From the NCBI GenBank assembly GCA_900550615.1, contig URSX01000001.1, forward strand, positions 1 through 55,388: DNA of 55,388 nucleotides. Direction: 5' to 3'. The notes beneath the pieces are model-generated. The model made no database searches. It saw only the letters and a program-made list of their open reading frames with translations, and was not told the DNA's origin. The stretch's first letter is position 1. Every line of letters starts with the position of its first letter. This document shows, piece after piece, positions 39,382 through 48,993 of the stretch. The DNA comes from an uncultured Eubacteriales bacterium (GTDB taxonomy: Bacteria > Bacillota > Clostridia > Oscillospirales > Oscillospiraceae). Both the position numbers and the translations under genes were made by a program.

Positions 39382-40146
39382 TCACCCCCCGATCCATTTG
39401 AATTTCACGCCGTTTGTGAAGCTCACGTCCCATTTCCCCGCCCCGGTCAGCCGGTCGGTTGCGATCTGGGCCACCGTCAGCTTGCCGTTGGAGAAATACG
39501 CCGCCTCCTGTCCGCCGATGTAAAACGACAGCTTCTCCGTGGTCCATACGGACATGTTGCTGCTCTTGTCGATGACGTCGTATACGCCCTTCTCCGTCTC
39601 CACCCCCGTGGCGGTGGTCTTGATGTCCTGCCCGATGGCGATGCCCAGGATGGGCGTCACCCCGTCGTAGCCCACGATGCCCTGGCGGATGTAGCCCTCC
39701 ACGTCCGTTTTGTAGGCGGTGAAGTCCGTCCCCACCTTGTCCACGTCCGCCTGGATGTCCGAGGCGAACTTAAAGTACCGGGTGATCTTCGTGGGATCCT
39801 CCTCGATCTCCTGGCTGGTCTTTTCCAGATAGGTGCCGAATTCCGACTGGGCCACATAGGTGCCGCTCAGCTCCGTCCACCGCCGGTCCATCTCCTGGCG
39901 CACGGTGTCCGCCGTCTTGATGATGAGGCTTTTCAGGTTGGCCGCCTGCTGGGCCCGTTCCTCCCGGCCCTGCCGGGCGGCCTCTGCCGCCGCCTGCCTG
40001 GCCTGCACCGCCGCGCCACCACTCCCCTCCAGCGCCTGCAAAGAGAGGTTCAGCGTCTGCGCCAACTGAAACAGATATGCATACTGCTGCTGCACCTGCT
40101 GGGCAAGAGTCCCTGCCGGTGCGCTGGGCATACTCACCAGGCTCAC
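39382..40146 (-). CDS. Phage structural protein (hypothetical)
   Basis: Coupled within the module; coiled-coil N-terminus and beta-rich KLSFY..AYFSNGKL end. Confidence 0.55.
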   Translation of the reverse strand: MSLVSMPSAPAGTLAQQVQQQYAYLFQLAQTLNLSLQALEGSGGAAVQARQAAAEAARQGREERAQQAANLKSLIIKTADTVRQEMDRRWTELSGTYVAQSEFGTYLEKTSQEIEEDPTKITRYFKFASDIQADVDKVGTDFTAYKTDVEGYIRQGIVGYDGVTPILGIAIGQDIKTTATGVETEKGVYDVIDKSSNMSVWTTEKLSFYIGGQEAAYFSNGKLTVAQIATDRLTGAGKWDVSFTNGVKFKWIGG

Positions 40147-41861
40147 AGGCCGTCACCTCCCCTCTCATACAGGGCCGTCAGCGCGAAAATGGCGCATTGT
40201 CCGCTCCCCGTCAATTTCAAGCGCAGGGCCCGGCACTGCCTGGGCCGCATGGCGATCACCTGCTCCCGTATACTGCCGTTACCGGTGGCCTGCCCCTGCC
40301 GGGTCCAGCTTGCGCCCCCGTCGTAGCTAAGCCATGCCGTCACGGTCTTTCCCCGCTCCGGCCGCAGATGCAGCAGCAGCCGCGTCAGCCGTTTCCGCTC
40401 CGGCGACTGCATGCCCACTTCTCCCGTTTCCGCCATCCAGGCAAAGTCATTCTCTTTTTCGCCGCTCTGCCCGTGCATGCTCCAGAGTTTTCCGTCACTG
40501 GCCAGGCAGTAGAGCTCGCCGCCGCTTCCGACGAAGGCCGTGGCCCGCAGCCCGTCCTCCCGGTGCCACTGTCTTCTCTCGCTGTCATATACCAGCAGGG
40601 ACGCCGCTTCCTCCTCGTCCAGGGCCGACAGGTAGTATTTCCCCCGCCATGCGCCCCCCACGCCGCCGTGGCAGCGTTTTTCTCCCAATACCTGGGAGAC
40701 CGTCACCGGCAAGCTCCCGTCAAAGGCCTGCACGCCGTCCCCGGACAGGTAATACAGCACACCACCCACCACCTGCAAGCTTTTCTCACTGCCCTTCTGC
40801 ACGCCGCTGCACTCGGTGGTGACGATCTGATGCGCGCCGCTGTCGGCGGCATAGACCCGCTCCATGCAGCGTTCCTTGAGGAAGATGGGATTTCCCAGAT
40901 AGCTCACCGCCCCGGTAAATACGCCATCGGAGCCCCGGGCCACCGCGTAGCTGTCGGTGGACAGTCCCTGAAAGCATCTCCAGTTTTTGAAATCCCCCAG
41001 CTTACTGGCGTAAATTTCGTTCACCGTCTCTCCGTCCACCATGCCGTACTTGCAGCCCCATAGCCGGTTGCCGCTTTGTACCACAAAGTCCATCTCCGGC
41101 ACATAGCGGTATATGGTCACCGGCTCCTCCTGCTCGGTGCTGACCGCCACAGTCCCGGGAAAAACCACCCAGTCCTCCCCCACCGCCTGCAGCACGGTCT
41201 CCCCGTTGAGCCGCTCCACGCCGCAGCCGGAAACCGTCACGCCGTCCCCGGCGGCAAATCCCTTGCCAAGTCCCGTGGCCTGCAGCTTCACGCATACATT
41301 CTGCATGGCCGTCCAGCAGTCCTGGCTGAACTGCCGCAGCACCGGCACCGCGCCGGACACGTCCATCCACAGGGCCCCTTCCTCCGGCTCCTCCGGGGCT
41401 CCCTCACTCTCCACCACGTCACTGTAGGCCGTTCCCTCCGCATCGCACAGGCTGATGCCCACTCCGGCCGCTGCGGTCTTCCGGCATTCCAGGCTGCCGT
41501 AGTCCGACAGATCCTTCGTATTCAGGTAGATCTTATCCGGAAATACCACCAGGTACGCTCCCATACTCACCAGGCTTTTCTCTCCGTCCGTCAACTGCGG
41601 CCCAGCCGCCAGGCCGCCCACATAGATCTGCCCGCCGTCCACCCATATCAGCGCGTCCTTGGCCGTCAGGCCGTTGGGCTTTGCAGTCTCAGCCACAAGG
41701 GCCCTTGCCTGTCTCGTCCGCAGAGCCGGGTAGCCGTCGGAGCAAAGGTTCTCCATCTCCCTGAATCCATTGACCTGCGCCGATTCCCTTCGGTCAAGCC
41801 CCGGGAAATCCGTCACCGTGATCCTCTCCAGCCCGGTTTTTTTCAGTGTTGGGAAGAACAT
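40143..41861 (-). CDS. Putative tail tubular / nozzle (stabilisation) protein
   Basis: About 570 aa, beta-propeller-like, NRLWGC, IYASKLGDFKNW; follows the adaptor gene. Confidence 0.55.
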   Translation of the reverse strand: MFFPTLKKTGLERITVTDFPGLDRRESAQVNGFREMENLCSDGYPALRTRQARALVAETAKPNGLTAKDALIWVDGGQIYVGGLAAGPQLTDGEKSLVSMGAYLVVFPDKIYLNTKDLSDYGSLECRKTAAAGVGISLCDAEGTAYSDVVESEGAPEEPEEGALWMDVSGAVPVLRQFSQDCWTAMQNVCVKLQATGLGKGFAAGDGVTVSGCGVERLNGETVLQAVGEDWVVFPGTVAVSTEQEEPVTIYRYVPEMDFVVQSGNRLWGCKYGMVDGETVNEIYASKLGDFKNWRCFQGLSTDSYAVARGSDGVFTGAVSYLGNPIFLKERCMERVYAADSGAHQIVTTECSGVQKGSEKSLQVVGGVLYYLSGDGVQAFDGSLPVTVSQVLGEKRCHGGVGGAWRGKYYLSALDEEEAASLLVYDSERRQWHREDGLRATAFVGSGGELYCLASDGKLWSMHGQSGEKENDFAWMAETGEVGMQSPERKRLTRLLLHLRPERGKTVTAWLSYDGGASWTRQGQATGNGSIREQVIAMRPRQCRALRLKLTGSGQCAIFALTALYERGGDGL

Positions 41862-41875
41862 CCTCTCGCCCCCTC

Positions 41876-42250
41876 TCAGCAAAACCGCAGGCTCCCCGCC
41901 GCCTGCGTCTTTCCGCTCTCCCGCAGCTGCGCCGCCTGCATGGCCTCTACACCCCGGTTCCACAGGGCCAGGGCGTTGCTGCACCGGGCCATGTCCCCAT
42001 CGGCGTAGTGGATCTGCGCCTGCACATACAGCTCATAGAGTCCGTCATAGGGCGGCTTTGCCGCCAGAACGGTGCTGTCCTCCAGCTCTGCGGGCACCGG
42101 CAGTACCTGCCGCGCCACCGGCTGCAGCACCTCCCGGATGATAATACCCTCCGCCTGCTGCAGCCACCGCAGCTTCTCCTCCCGGGTGTATCCGTTGGGC
42201 AGCAGGCCGTCCACCTGTGCCAAAACCTGTCCCACTGTCACCTCTGTCAT
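41876..42250 (-). CDS. Putative head-tail adaptor
   Basis: Small helical protein after the capsid gene; PYDGLY..Y..AQI. Confidence 0.5.
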   Translation of the reverse strand: MTEVTVGQVLAQVDGLLPNGYTREEKLRWLQQAEGIIIREVLQPVARQVLPVPAELEDSTVLAAKPPYDGLYELYVQAQIHYADGDMARCSNALALWNRGVEAMQAAQLRESGKTQAAGSLRFC

Positions 42251-42263
42251 CGCCGCCACCTCG

Positions 42264-42467
42264 TCAGTTGGCCATGGTGTCCACATAGCGGCGTGCCGTG
42301 TCGGCCATCATGCGGCTGTTTTCCAGCACCTCAGCCACGCATGCCGGCACCTCCACCTCCACGCCCTTCATGATCTTGTAGCTACGCCCGTTCACGGACA
42401 CGATCACAAAATTCTCCTCGTTTTTTCTGCCTCTGGGCAGATATACCTTGCTCATATCCTCTTTCAT
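42264..42467 (-). CDS. Small phage protein after the capsid gene
   Basis: VSVNG..Y.I.KG..VEVP..VAEVL. Confidence 0.6.
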   Translation of the reverse strand: MKEDMSKVYLPRGRKNEENFVIVSVNGRSYKIMKGVEVEVPACVAEVLENSRMMADTARRYVDTMAN

Positions 42468-42666
42468 GCCAAAAATCCCCTTTCCATATGATCCCCTGAT
42501 TCCTTACCAAGCCCTGTCATTGCCAGGCCAGCAGTCCCCCCCCGGCCGTATGGAGGTATCTCCCTCCCTAAAAAGGGGGCCGCACACGCGGACCCGCGCT
42601 TCCCCGACGCATCAGGGATGCCCTCTGTGTCTGCCGCGCAGCAAGTGCTGTTTCTCGCTCATCATT

Positions 42667-42792
42667 CCGTAGGGGACGATAACCCTGTTGCGGTGCCCAA
42701 AATTTCCGCGCTGCCTTACGGCGGGCGCTTGAAATTTTGACCGCGGCCACTGGCTCATCTCGCTTCTTCTTCCACTGGCAACGCTCGATTCG
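42667..42792. repeat. 126-bp structured repeat, copy 1
   Basis: 113/126 identical to 44375-44500 by manual alignment; internal CAAAATTTC / GAAATTTTG hairpin. Confidence 0.85.
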
Positions 42793-42830
42793 CTCCCCAC
42801 ATCGGCCCGCCCGCAGGCACCCCATACCCT

Positions 42831-43030
42831 CCGTAAGGGCGACCCTCGCGGTCGCCCGTCGTCACCCACCGCACTCCCGACCCTGCTTCCGTAGGGCGGG
42901 GTGCCCTCGCCACGCCGCACACCGCACCCCTTGCCAAAAGCATGTCATTGGGAAGCCAGTGCGCACACTGGCGTGACAATCTGCCCCCCACGCCGCACTT
43001 CCCGCAGGGGCGGGGCTTCCGCCCCGCCCC
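42831..43030. repeat. Cluster of REP-like short palindromes
   Basis: GTAAGGGCGACC..GGTCGCCC, GTAGGGCG.., CCAGTG.CACTGG and GGGGCGGGG..CCCCGCCCC hairpins. Confidence 0.7.
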
Positions 43031-43040
43031 CGCGCATCAC

Positions 43041-44264
43041 TCAGTTGGCCTTGTCCTCGCCCGAGTAAGAAGAGCCACACTCCACACGCACCATGTACTC
43101 GTCATACAGGATAGCCGCCGCATGGATACCCTTCCAGCCCACGCTGGAGCGTTGATCCAGAGGATCGGCGGTGCCGGAGGAGCCGCGAGGCTTCACGATG
43201 ACTTCGGTGCCCTCGCTGAGATCCACCACGCCGTAGGCGCCCTTGCCCACGAACAGGCAGCCGTATACGGCGCAGCCCTCTGCGCCGCCCTCACCGGGAT
43301 AGATGACGGCGTTATCCGCGGCGGTGATGGCCTTATCCAGGGTCATAGAGCTATCGGTGTTGCTGACCACCTTGTAGCGCTTGCCGCCAATGATCACATA
43401 GCGGCCCACCAGGCTGCCGCTCCCCACTGTGCCGCCGTCAAAATTCACGGTAGCGTTGTTCGACACCGCACCCTTCACTGCCAGATTGCGGCTGTTCTTG
43501 GCCAGGTCATCGCCGCGGAAGATCTTGGCCTCCGTGGTCTCCACGAATCGCACCCCGTGCAGCTCACCGATTTCGCCGGAGAACAGCTCCGTGGCGGCGG
43601 CGTACTGGTGGGCGGCGATCCACGCCTCATCCTGGCGCAGGTCAAAGGCCACAGAGGGATGGATGATGCACACATACTTACCGTCGAAGGTAGGCGCGTT
43701 CATCTTCTTCAGCTGAGTGGCAGCCTTGGCCACCAGCTCACTGGTCATCTTGCACTCGGGGGTCAGTGCCACACGGCTGGTCACGGCGGTCTGCTTGCCG
43801 CCCTCGCCCAGCACAGGAGCATAGATCACCTGGTTGCCCTGCTGAATTTCATTGCGGGTCACGGTGTCCAGGGTCAGGCCCATGTTGTTGCCGTGGCGGT
43901 CGGTGATCTCCAGCACCACGTCGTCAATGGCGGTCAGATCCAGCATGTCGGACACGGTGGTGTAGTCGCCGTACTGGGCCAGCTCCTTGGTGATGTAGCT
44001 GACGGAGATGCCGCTGCCGTCGGGGGTCACGCCCTCGGCCAGAGGCGTCAGCGCCTTGTCAAATGCGCCGAACTTACGCCATTCCACGGTCTTACCGCCG
44101 CCCACAGGCAGAGGCTTGGTAGCGGCAAACTGGTTGTGCACCAGCTGGGGCTTGGCGTTCTCCAGCAGCTCCATGCCGTAATAGGTCTTCATTTCGGCGC
44201 TCAGGCCACCGGTAGTCTGTGTGTTCGCGTTTGCAAACATCTGGTAATTCAGTTCCATGTTCAT
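43041..44264 (-). CDS. Major capsid protein, N4-gp56 family
   Basis: LTPLAEGVTP, QYGDY, GEIGELHGVRFVET, ADPLDQRSSVGWK; RBS before ATG 44264. Confidence 0.85.
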   Translation of the reverse strand: MNMELNYQMFANANTQTTGGLSAEMKTYYGMELLENAKPQLVHNQFAATKPLPVGGGKTVEWRKFGAFDKALTPLAEGVTPDGSGISVSYITKELAQYGDYTTVSDMLDLTAIDDVVLEITDRHGNNMGLTLDTVTRNEIQQGNQVIYAPVLGEGGKQTAVTSRVALTPECKMTSELVAKAATQLKKMNAPTFDGKYVCIIHPSVAFDLRQDEAWIAAHQYAAATELFSGEIGELHGVRFVETTEAKIFRGDDLAKNSRNLAVKGAVSNNATVNFDGGTVGSGSLVGRYVIIGGKRYKVVSNTDSSMTLDKAITAADNAVIYPGEGGAEGCAVYGCLFVGKGAYGVVDLSEGTEVIVKPRGSSGTADPLDQRSSVGWKGIHAAAILYDEYMVRVECGSSYSGEDKAN

Positions 44265-44374
44265 CTTTTCCTTTCTCCAAATCATTGTTTTTCTCTGGTC
44301 TTCCGCACTCCGAAGATTTCTTTCCCTCAGCAAAGCACGCAGCACCCGCTCCGCACGCACTCCTTGCCATACTC

Positions 44375-44500
44375 CCGTAGGGGACGATGGCCCTGTTGCG
44401 GTGCCCAAAATTTCTGCGCGGCCTTGCGGCTGCCGCTTGAAATTTTGGCCGCGGCCACTCGCTCATCTCGCTTACTCTGCCACTGGCAGCGCTCGATTCG
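44375..44500. repeat. 126-bp structured repeat, copy 2
   Basis: Direct repeat of 42667-42792. Confidence 0.85.
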
Positions 44501-44582
44501 TCCCCTTGCCAAACGCCATGTCATCGCAAGGGTGCTCCGCATCCCTGATCCCCAAAGCTCATAATCTCCGCAGTGCCCTCCG

Positions 44583-45158
44583 TCAAAATCGGATCTTCTC
44601 TCCGTCCAGCACCCGTCTGCGGATGTCCGCCAGCTCCTGACTGGTAAGCCCCCGGGGGTCGCTGGCCGTCACGGCGATGCTCCTGCCGCCGTTTTCCGCG
44701 ATCCGTCCCATGCCGCTGGCAACACTTCCGGCCACCTGCTTTCTGGTTCGTCCTGCGGCGTAGCGCATGGCCCTTTCCATCAGCTCCCGCCGGTGCACGG
44801 TCTCATAGGCGGCCGTAGGCTCCACCCCGGCCATGACCAGCCTTCCGAACTGCGGGTTTCTCAGCTCCTCCTGCCATCTGAATTCAGGGTATACCTTCCG
44901 GATCTCCCCCTCCCGCTCCTGCAGACCGCGCAGCCGCCGGGCCGCGTCCGCCTCCCGGTGCAGCTGCTGCTCCTTCAGCTGCTGGTTCTCCTGCCGCATC
45001 CCCCGCAGCCGTCCGTCCAGGATCTTGCGCACTCTGGCGTCAAATTCCTCCTTGTACCTTCCCCGGATCAAAGACTCGAAATCCTCCTGCTCCCCGGCGT
45101 CGGGAGTCGTTTCGCCCGTCTGCTCGCTGATTTGCGCCTGGTTTTCCTCCATCTCCAT
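44583..45158 (-). CDS. Putative capsid scaffold protein
   Basis: Acidic N-terminus, coiled coil, ends RRVLDGEKIRF; directly upstream of the capsid gene. Confidence 0.6.
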   Translation of the reverse strand: MEMEENQAQISEQTGETTPDAGEQEDFESLIRGRYKEEFDARVRKILDGRLRGMRQENQQLKEQQLHREADAARRLRGLQEREGEIRKVYPEFRWQEELRNPQFGRLVMAGVEPTAAYETVHRRELMERAMRYAAGRTRKQVAGSVASGMGRIAENGGRSIAVTASDPRGLTSQELADIRRRVLDGEKIRF

Positions 45159-45205
45159 AGCTCTCTCCTTTCCCGTGGTAGGCCACGACCCGTATCATCA
45201 CTCCC

Positions 45206-45502
45206 TCACCGGGAGAAATGGCTCACTTCTTCACTGACCTCCACGCACTGTGGAAACCGCCTCTGCAATTGTCTGAGCCCGCACTTCACCAGTTCCATCT
45301 CCCTCTCCGCGCCCCGCGTGCCGATGTGCATGTATCCCGGCCGCATCACAAGCTCCCGTACCAGATTTTTCTCCTGCAACCGCTCCGCCAGGGCCAGCAT
45401 CAGGGCCGATGCCGCCGCGCATACAATGTCCTGTCCTGCGGGCCCATAGTCCGCGTGTCCCTGCACCGTCAGCCGTCCCGGCTCCGCCTTCACCCGGATC
45501 AT
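45206..45502 (-). CDS. prp: Prp-family (DUF464) cysteine protease
   Basis: GHADYG...DIVCAAAS His/Cys dyad; ATGA overlap with the portal stop. Confidence 0.8.
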   Translation of the reverse strand: MIRVKAEPGRLTVQGHADYGPAGQDIVCAAASALMLALAERLQEKNLVRELVMRPGYMHIGTRGAEREMELVKCGLRQLQRRFPQCVEVSEEVSHFSR

Positions 45503-47391
45503 CTGGGCCGCACCGCCTCCCTGGCGCCGCGTCTGGTGCGCTCCATGGTCGACAGACTCTCGCTCTCCCATGAACCGCCCTTGCCTCCGGTCGGCTCTGC
45601 GCCGTACTCCTGTGCCAGCTTCCCGGCCAGATCCGTTCCCCTGGCCTCATCCACCAGTGCCGCCGTCTGCATCAGTCTCTGGCGCAGCTGTTGGATTTCC
45701 CTCTGCTGGGTCTGTCCGTTTTGGATCATGGCCATCACCATGTCCTTGTTCTTGAAGTCCATCAGCTCCAGGCACCGCAGCGCCTGCTGGGCCATGTCCT
45801 CCCGGAAAAAGCCCATCTGGAACAGCTGCAGGGCGAACTGGTTATACTCCATGGTCTTGTAGGGATTTTCCTGCTGGGCGGAGATCTCCAGGTCGAATAC
45901 CGGCACCCGGTAGGAGACCTCCACCCCGTCACTCATGGCCACCGGCTGGAGCCCTGCGTTGTCGTAGCTGGCAAATTCGCCTCCCAGCAGCCGGAACTGT
46001 CTGGGCAGGCTGTAGAACTGCCGTATCAGCTCGATGCACAGCGTCACCACGTCGGAAAACGCCTCGTACCCGTCGTCAATCATGTTCCGGCTCAACTTTC
46101 CGCCGGCCTCCTGCAATGCCGCAATGGCTGTTGCCGCCGTCACGCCGGAGGCGGTGCCGCCGTTGGCCACGTCCCGGTTACCCGCCGTCTCCTTCATCTC
46201 CGCGATCTTGCTCTGGAGGATCGCCACATACACGCTGTCCAGCCCCGCCGTGTGGATGGGCGCGATGGAGTCGCTGCCCAGGTTCCCGTTGGTGTGCACG
46301 AAGGGCTTGGTCCAGTCAGCGTATTCGTTCTCATTCACCGCCCCGTCGGCCCGGATGAAGAACCGGGGAGTCGCCGCCGCCAGGGTGTTCTTAAGAATGG
46401 CCTGGTTCATCAGGTCGATCTGCTTCTGGGGCGACTTGCACAGGTCGATGTATCCGTACCCGCAGGGCGTTCCCTCCTCGGGAAACAGTACATCAAATAC
46501 AAACGGGTATTTCCCGTGGTCATACCAGCCCCGCCTGCACATGGGCAGGCCCACCGGCACCTCCTCCCAGATACGCTCGCCCTTCTCGTCCATGCCTGTC
46601 ACTTTTTGCTCCGTGGGTGCCTGCCAGTCGTTTTCCGTGGCGTAGAGCACCGTGTCCCCCACGAATTTGCAGTATTGCAGCACTTTCCGGCCGCCTTCCA
46701 CCGTGTGGTAGTACCAGTCCACCACCAGGGACTTGTCGGAGGTGTCCACCGTGTCGTCGTAGAGGAACCGGCTCACTGTGAAGCTGCCGCCCCCCAGTTT
46801 TCCCTCCAGCTGGGGATATCTGCGCAGAAGCTGCTCATTGCTCACCAGCTCCGTGGAGAAAAAGTGCTCCGAATCCTGAATGTCCCGCACCCCCGGCTCC
46901 CAGAACAGGTTCAGCAGATCCATTCTGCGGATGGAAATGTCTCCCAGACCCCCCAGCTTTCCCGCATCCCAGAACACACCGTAGGCGGCGCACCCGCTTT
47001 TCAGCTTGTACCACCAGGCATCCGAGTAGGTGCGCTTAAACTGATTCTGCTTCAGCACCACCGGCAGGATCTTCGTCAGCTTTCTCGCCTCCATCCTGTC
47101 CCCCTCCTCCCGGGGCAGCACCGTAGGCTCCGGGTAGCAGTCCATGGCGTCTGCGTGCTTGGAGAGGATGCAGTTCACCAGCCAGCCGCTGGTGGGCTGC
47201 GGATCGCCCGGATTGCCGCCCTGTCCGTTTTTCTCCATCTGCTGCCAGTGGCGCATCTTCCAGAACTGCTCGTTGTCGATGATGCGGCTCTCCAGATGTG
47301 CCTTGCCCTGCTTGTATTTCTTCAGGATCTGCGCCGCCCGGCGCACCTCCTCCGCTCCGATCTTCGGTTTCTGCAAAGTCATCGGCTCCAT
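45499..47391 (-). CDS. Portal protein (podovirus-like)
   Basis: 630 aa between terminase and scaffold; GKYPFVF, GVTAATAIAALQEAG. Confidence 0.7.
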   Translation of the reverse strand: MEPMTLQKPKIGAEEVRRAAQILKKYKQGKAHLESRIIDNEQFWKMRHWQQMEKNGQGGNPGDPQPTSGWLVNCILSKHADAMDCYPEPTVLPREEGDRMEARKLTKILPVVLKQNQFKRTYSDAWWYKLKSGCAAYGVFWDAGKLGGLGDISIRRMDLLNLFWEPGVRDIQDSEHFFSTELVSNEQLLRRYPQLEGKLGGGSFTVSRFLYDDTVDTSDKSLVVDWYYHTVEGGRKVLQYCKFVGDTVLYATENDWQAPTEQKVTGMDEKGERIWEEVPVGLPMCRRGWYDHGKYPFVFDVLFPEEGTPCGYGYIDLCKSPQKQIDLMNQAILKNTLAAATPRFFIRADGAVNENEYADWTKPFVHTNGNLGSDSIAPIHTAGLDSVYVAILQSKIAEMKETAGNRDVANGGTASGVTAATAIAALQEAGGKLSRNMIDDGYEAFSDVVTLCIELIRQFYSLPRQFRLLGGEFASYDNAGLQPVAMSDGVEVSYRVPVFDLEISAQQENPYKTMEYNQFALQLFQMGFFREDMAQQALRCLELMDFKNKDMVMAMIQNGQTQQREIQQLRQRLMQTAALVDEARGTDLAGKLAQEYGAEPTGGKGGSWESESLSTMERTRRGAREAVRPR

Positions 47392-47452
47392 GCCATAAAC
47401 CTCCTTTTTTGTTCTCACCTGTCCCCTCCCATCCTCGGTCCGTTGTCTTTTT

Positions 47453-47474
47453 TGTTGTCTTTCCCTATGCAACA
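47453..47474. promoter_or_regulatory. 22-bp TGTTG-N12-CAACA motif upstream of the portal gene
   Basis: TGTTGTCTTTCCCTATGCAACA; 18/22 identical to 49591-49612. Confidence 0.6.
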
Positions 47475-47529
47475 GGGGAAATTTTTGCAAAAAACATCCC
47501 GCATATTCGCCCCGCCCCTACCATACACC

Positions 47530-47606
47530 CGTAGGGGCGGGGTTTTACCCCACCCGTTCCCCGTATAAAGGCTAAACTTGTAGGGCGGGGCCCACGTGTT
47601 CCGCCT
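47530..47606. repeat. Two GTAG-type REP-like hairpins
   Basis: GTAGGGGCGGGG..CCCCACCC and GTAGGGCGGGGC..GTTCCGCC. Confidence 0.6.
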
Positions 47607-47610
47607 CTTC

Positions 47611-48993
47611 CTAAACCAACGCGCTCCGCCAGCCTCCCGCTGTCTGCCTCATATTCAGCGGGTCGTCCACCAAGGCCAGCTCCGCCTCCCGCCGCACCGG
47701 TCGTATCGGCCGGGACATGCAGAAATACCGGCTCTCGTCCGCCGCGTGATCCTCCTGCCGGGTGTCCAGATCCTCCGGCTCCGTGTCGGAAAACATCAGA
47801 TTCGGGATGGTCCGGATAAATGCCCGGCACCCCTTGAATACATACATCTGAGGATATCCCTCCTCGTCAAAGGCCATCCGGTAGTGCATCTGCATCCATC
47901 CGGGGATACGCCGGTTGTCTCCCTTGGTAAAGTAGATTCTGTGCCGCAGCGCCGTCTCATAGACGCTCTCCCCCCGGCTGGTATCCCAGATGGCCGGGTC
48001 GGCCACCCCGTCAATGCGCCGTCCCTTGAGCCATGGGTGCGTCTGCTCGATCTCCCGGATCTTGGAGAACTGCTTCTCCGGAGTCCATCGCACCCCCTCA
48101 TCGGGGTTTTCCGTGCAGCCGTACAGCTCTAAAATGCGGTAAATACATCCATCAAAGTCCACCGCCCACCAGGCGCAGGAAAAGGGCTTCGCGTAGCCGA
48201 AGTCGTAGCTGCGGTAGACCTTCCACTCCCTGGGAATGTCAAACGGCTCGATGACGTGGGTAAATCTCCTGTCCCTGTAGTGCTCCGGGTCGTCTGTAAA
48301 CTCCTGAAAAAACTGTCCCTGGAATATATCCCATTTACCCTCCAGCCACGCCTCCCTGAGCTTCCGCGGCAGGGCCTTCAATTGCTGTAAATATCCCGGC
48401 TGCTTTTTCAGCAGCGCTCCGTTGTCCGTCACCCGGGCCGGAATGAACTCGTAGTCCTCCGGATCTTCCCCGTCCACAAACCTTCTGTCGATAAACAGTC
48501 TCTTAATGTACCCGTGCCCCGGCCCTCCGGGGTTGCAGGTGTAGTAAATACGCTTGGGAAAGTCGTTCACGCCTCGCAGACAAGCCGCAAACTGCCGCAT
48601 CCATTCCTCCCGCAGCTGTGTGGCCTCGTCCAGAAAGATCACGTCGTACTCCGCCCCCTGGTATCGGTCCAGATCTCCGTCGCATGCGCAGTAGCCGAAG
48701 TCCAGCACGCTGCCGTTGGGAAAGGCAAACTGCCGGGCCGTGGCCCTGTATTCCGCGATCCCCGCCAGCTCCCGCCGCAGGAATCGGATGTGGTTGTTCT
48801 CCAGCTCCTGGTATGTGCGCCGCACCAGCAGCATCCGAATCCCCGGGTAGCGCAGGGCCATGAGCTTCGCCTTGGTGCGCACGGCCCAGCTCTTTCCGCC
48901 GCCCCGTGCGCCGCCGAAGGCGATGTATTTCCTCCTGCACTGCAAAAACAGCTTCTGTTTTTCATTGGGCGGAGCCAGAAGCAGCGTCTTCAT
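47611..48993 (-). CDS. terL: Terminase large subunit
   Basis: Walker A GGARGGGKS, Walker B IFLDEA, TCNPGG, nuclease DFG and DHAADESRY. Confidence 0.9.
   Translation of the reverse strand: MKTLLLAPPNEKQKLFLQCRRKYIAFGGARGGGKSWAVRTKAKLMALRYPGIRMLLVRRTYQELENNHIRFLRRELAGIAEYRATARQFAFPNGSVLDFGYCACDGDLDRYQGAEYDVIFLDEATQLREEWMRQFAACLRGVNDFPKRIYYTCNPGGPGHGYIKRLFIDRRFVDGEDPEDYEFIPARVTDNGALLKKQPGYLQQLKALPRKLREAWLEGKWDIFQGQFFQEFTDDPEHYRDRRFTHVIEPFDIPREWKVYRSYDFGYAKPFSCAWWAVDFDGCIYRILELYGCTENPDEGVRWTPEKQFSKIREIEQTHPWLKGRRIDGVADPAIWDTSRGESVYETALRHRIYFTKGDNRRIPGWMQMHYRMAFDEEGYPQMYVFKGCRAFIRTIPNLMFSDTEPEDLDTRQEDHAADESRYFCMSRPIRPVRREAELALVDDPLNMRQTAGGWRSALV

Noticed and set aside
42568..43080. Several short ORFs in the spacer after the capsid gene (also 44092-44640)
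   Set aside because: They are translations of the REP-like and 126-bp repeats
42500..44580. Possible CRISPR array or att sites
   Set aside because: No regular repeat-spacer period and no cas genes; the repeats are internal to the module, not at its ends
47484..47503. sigma54-like GG-N10-GC upstream of the portal gene
   Set aside because: Lacks the TGGCAC -24 element and is not repeated at the other promoter
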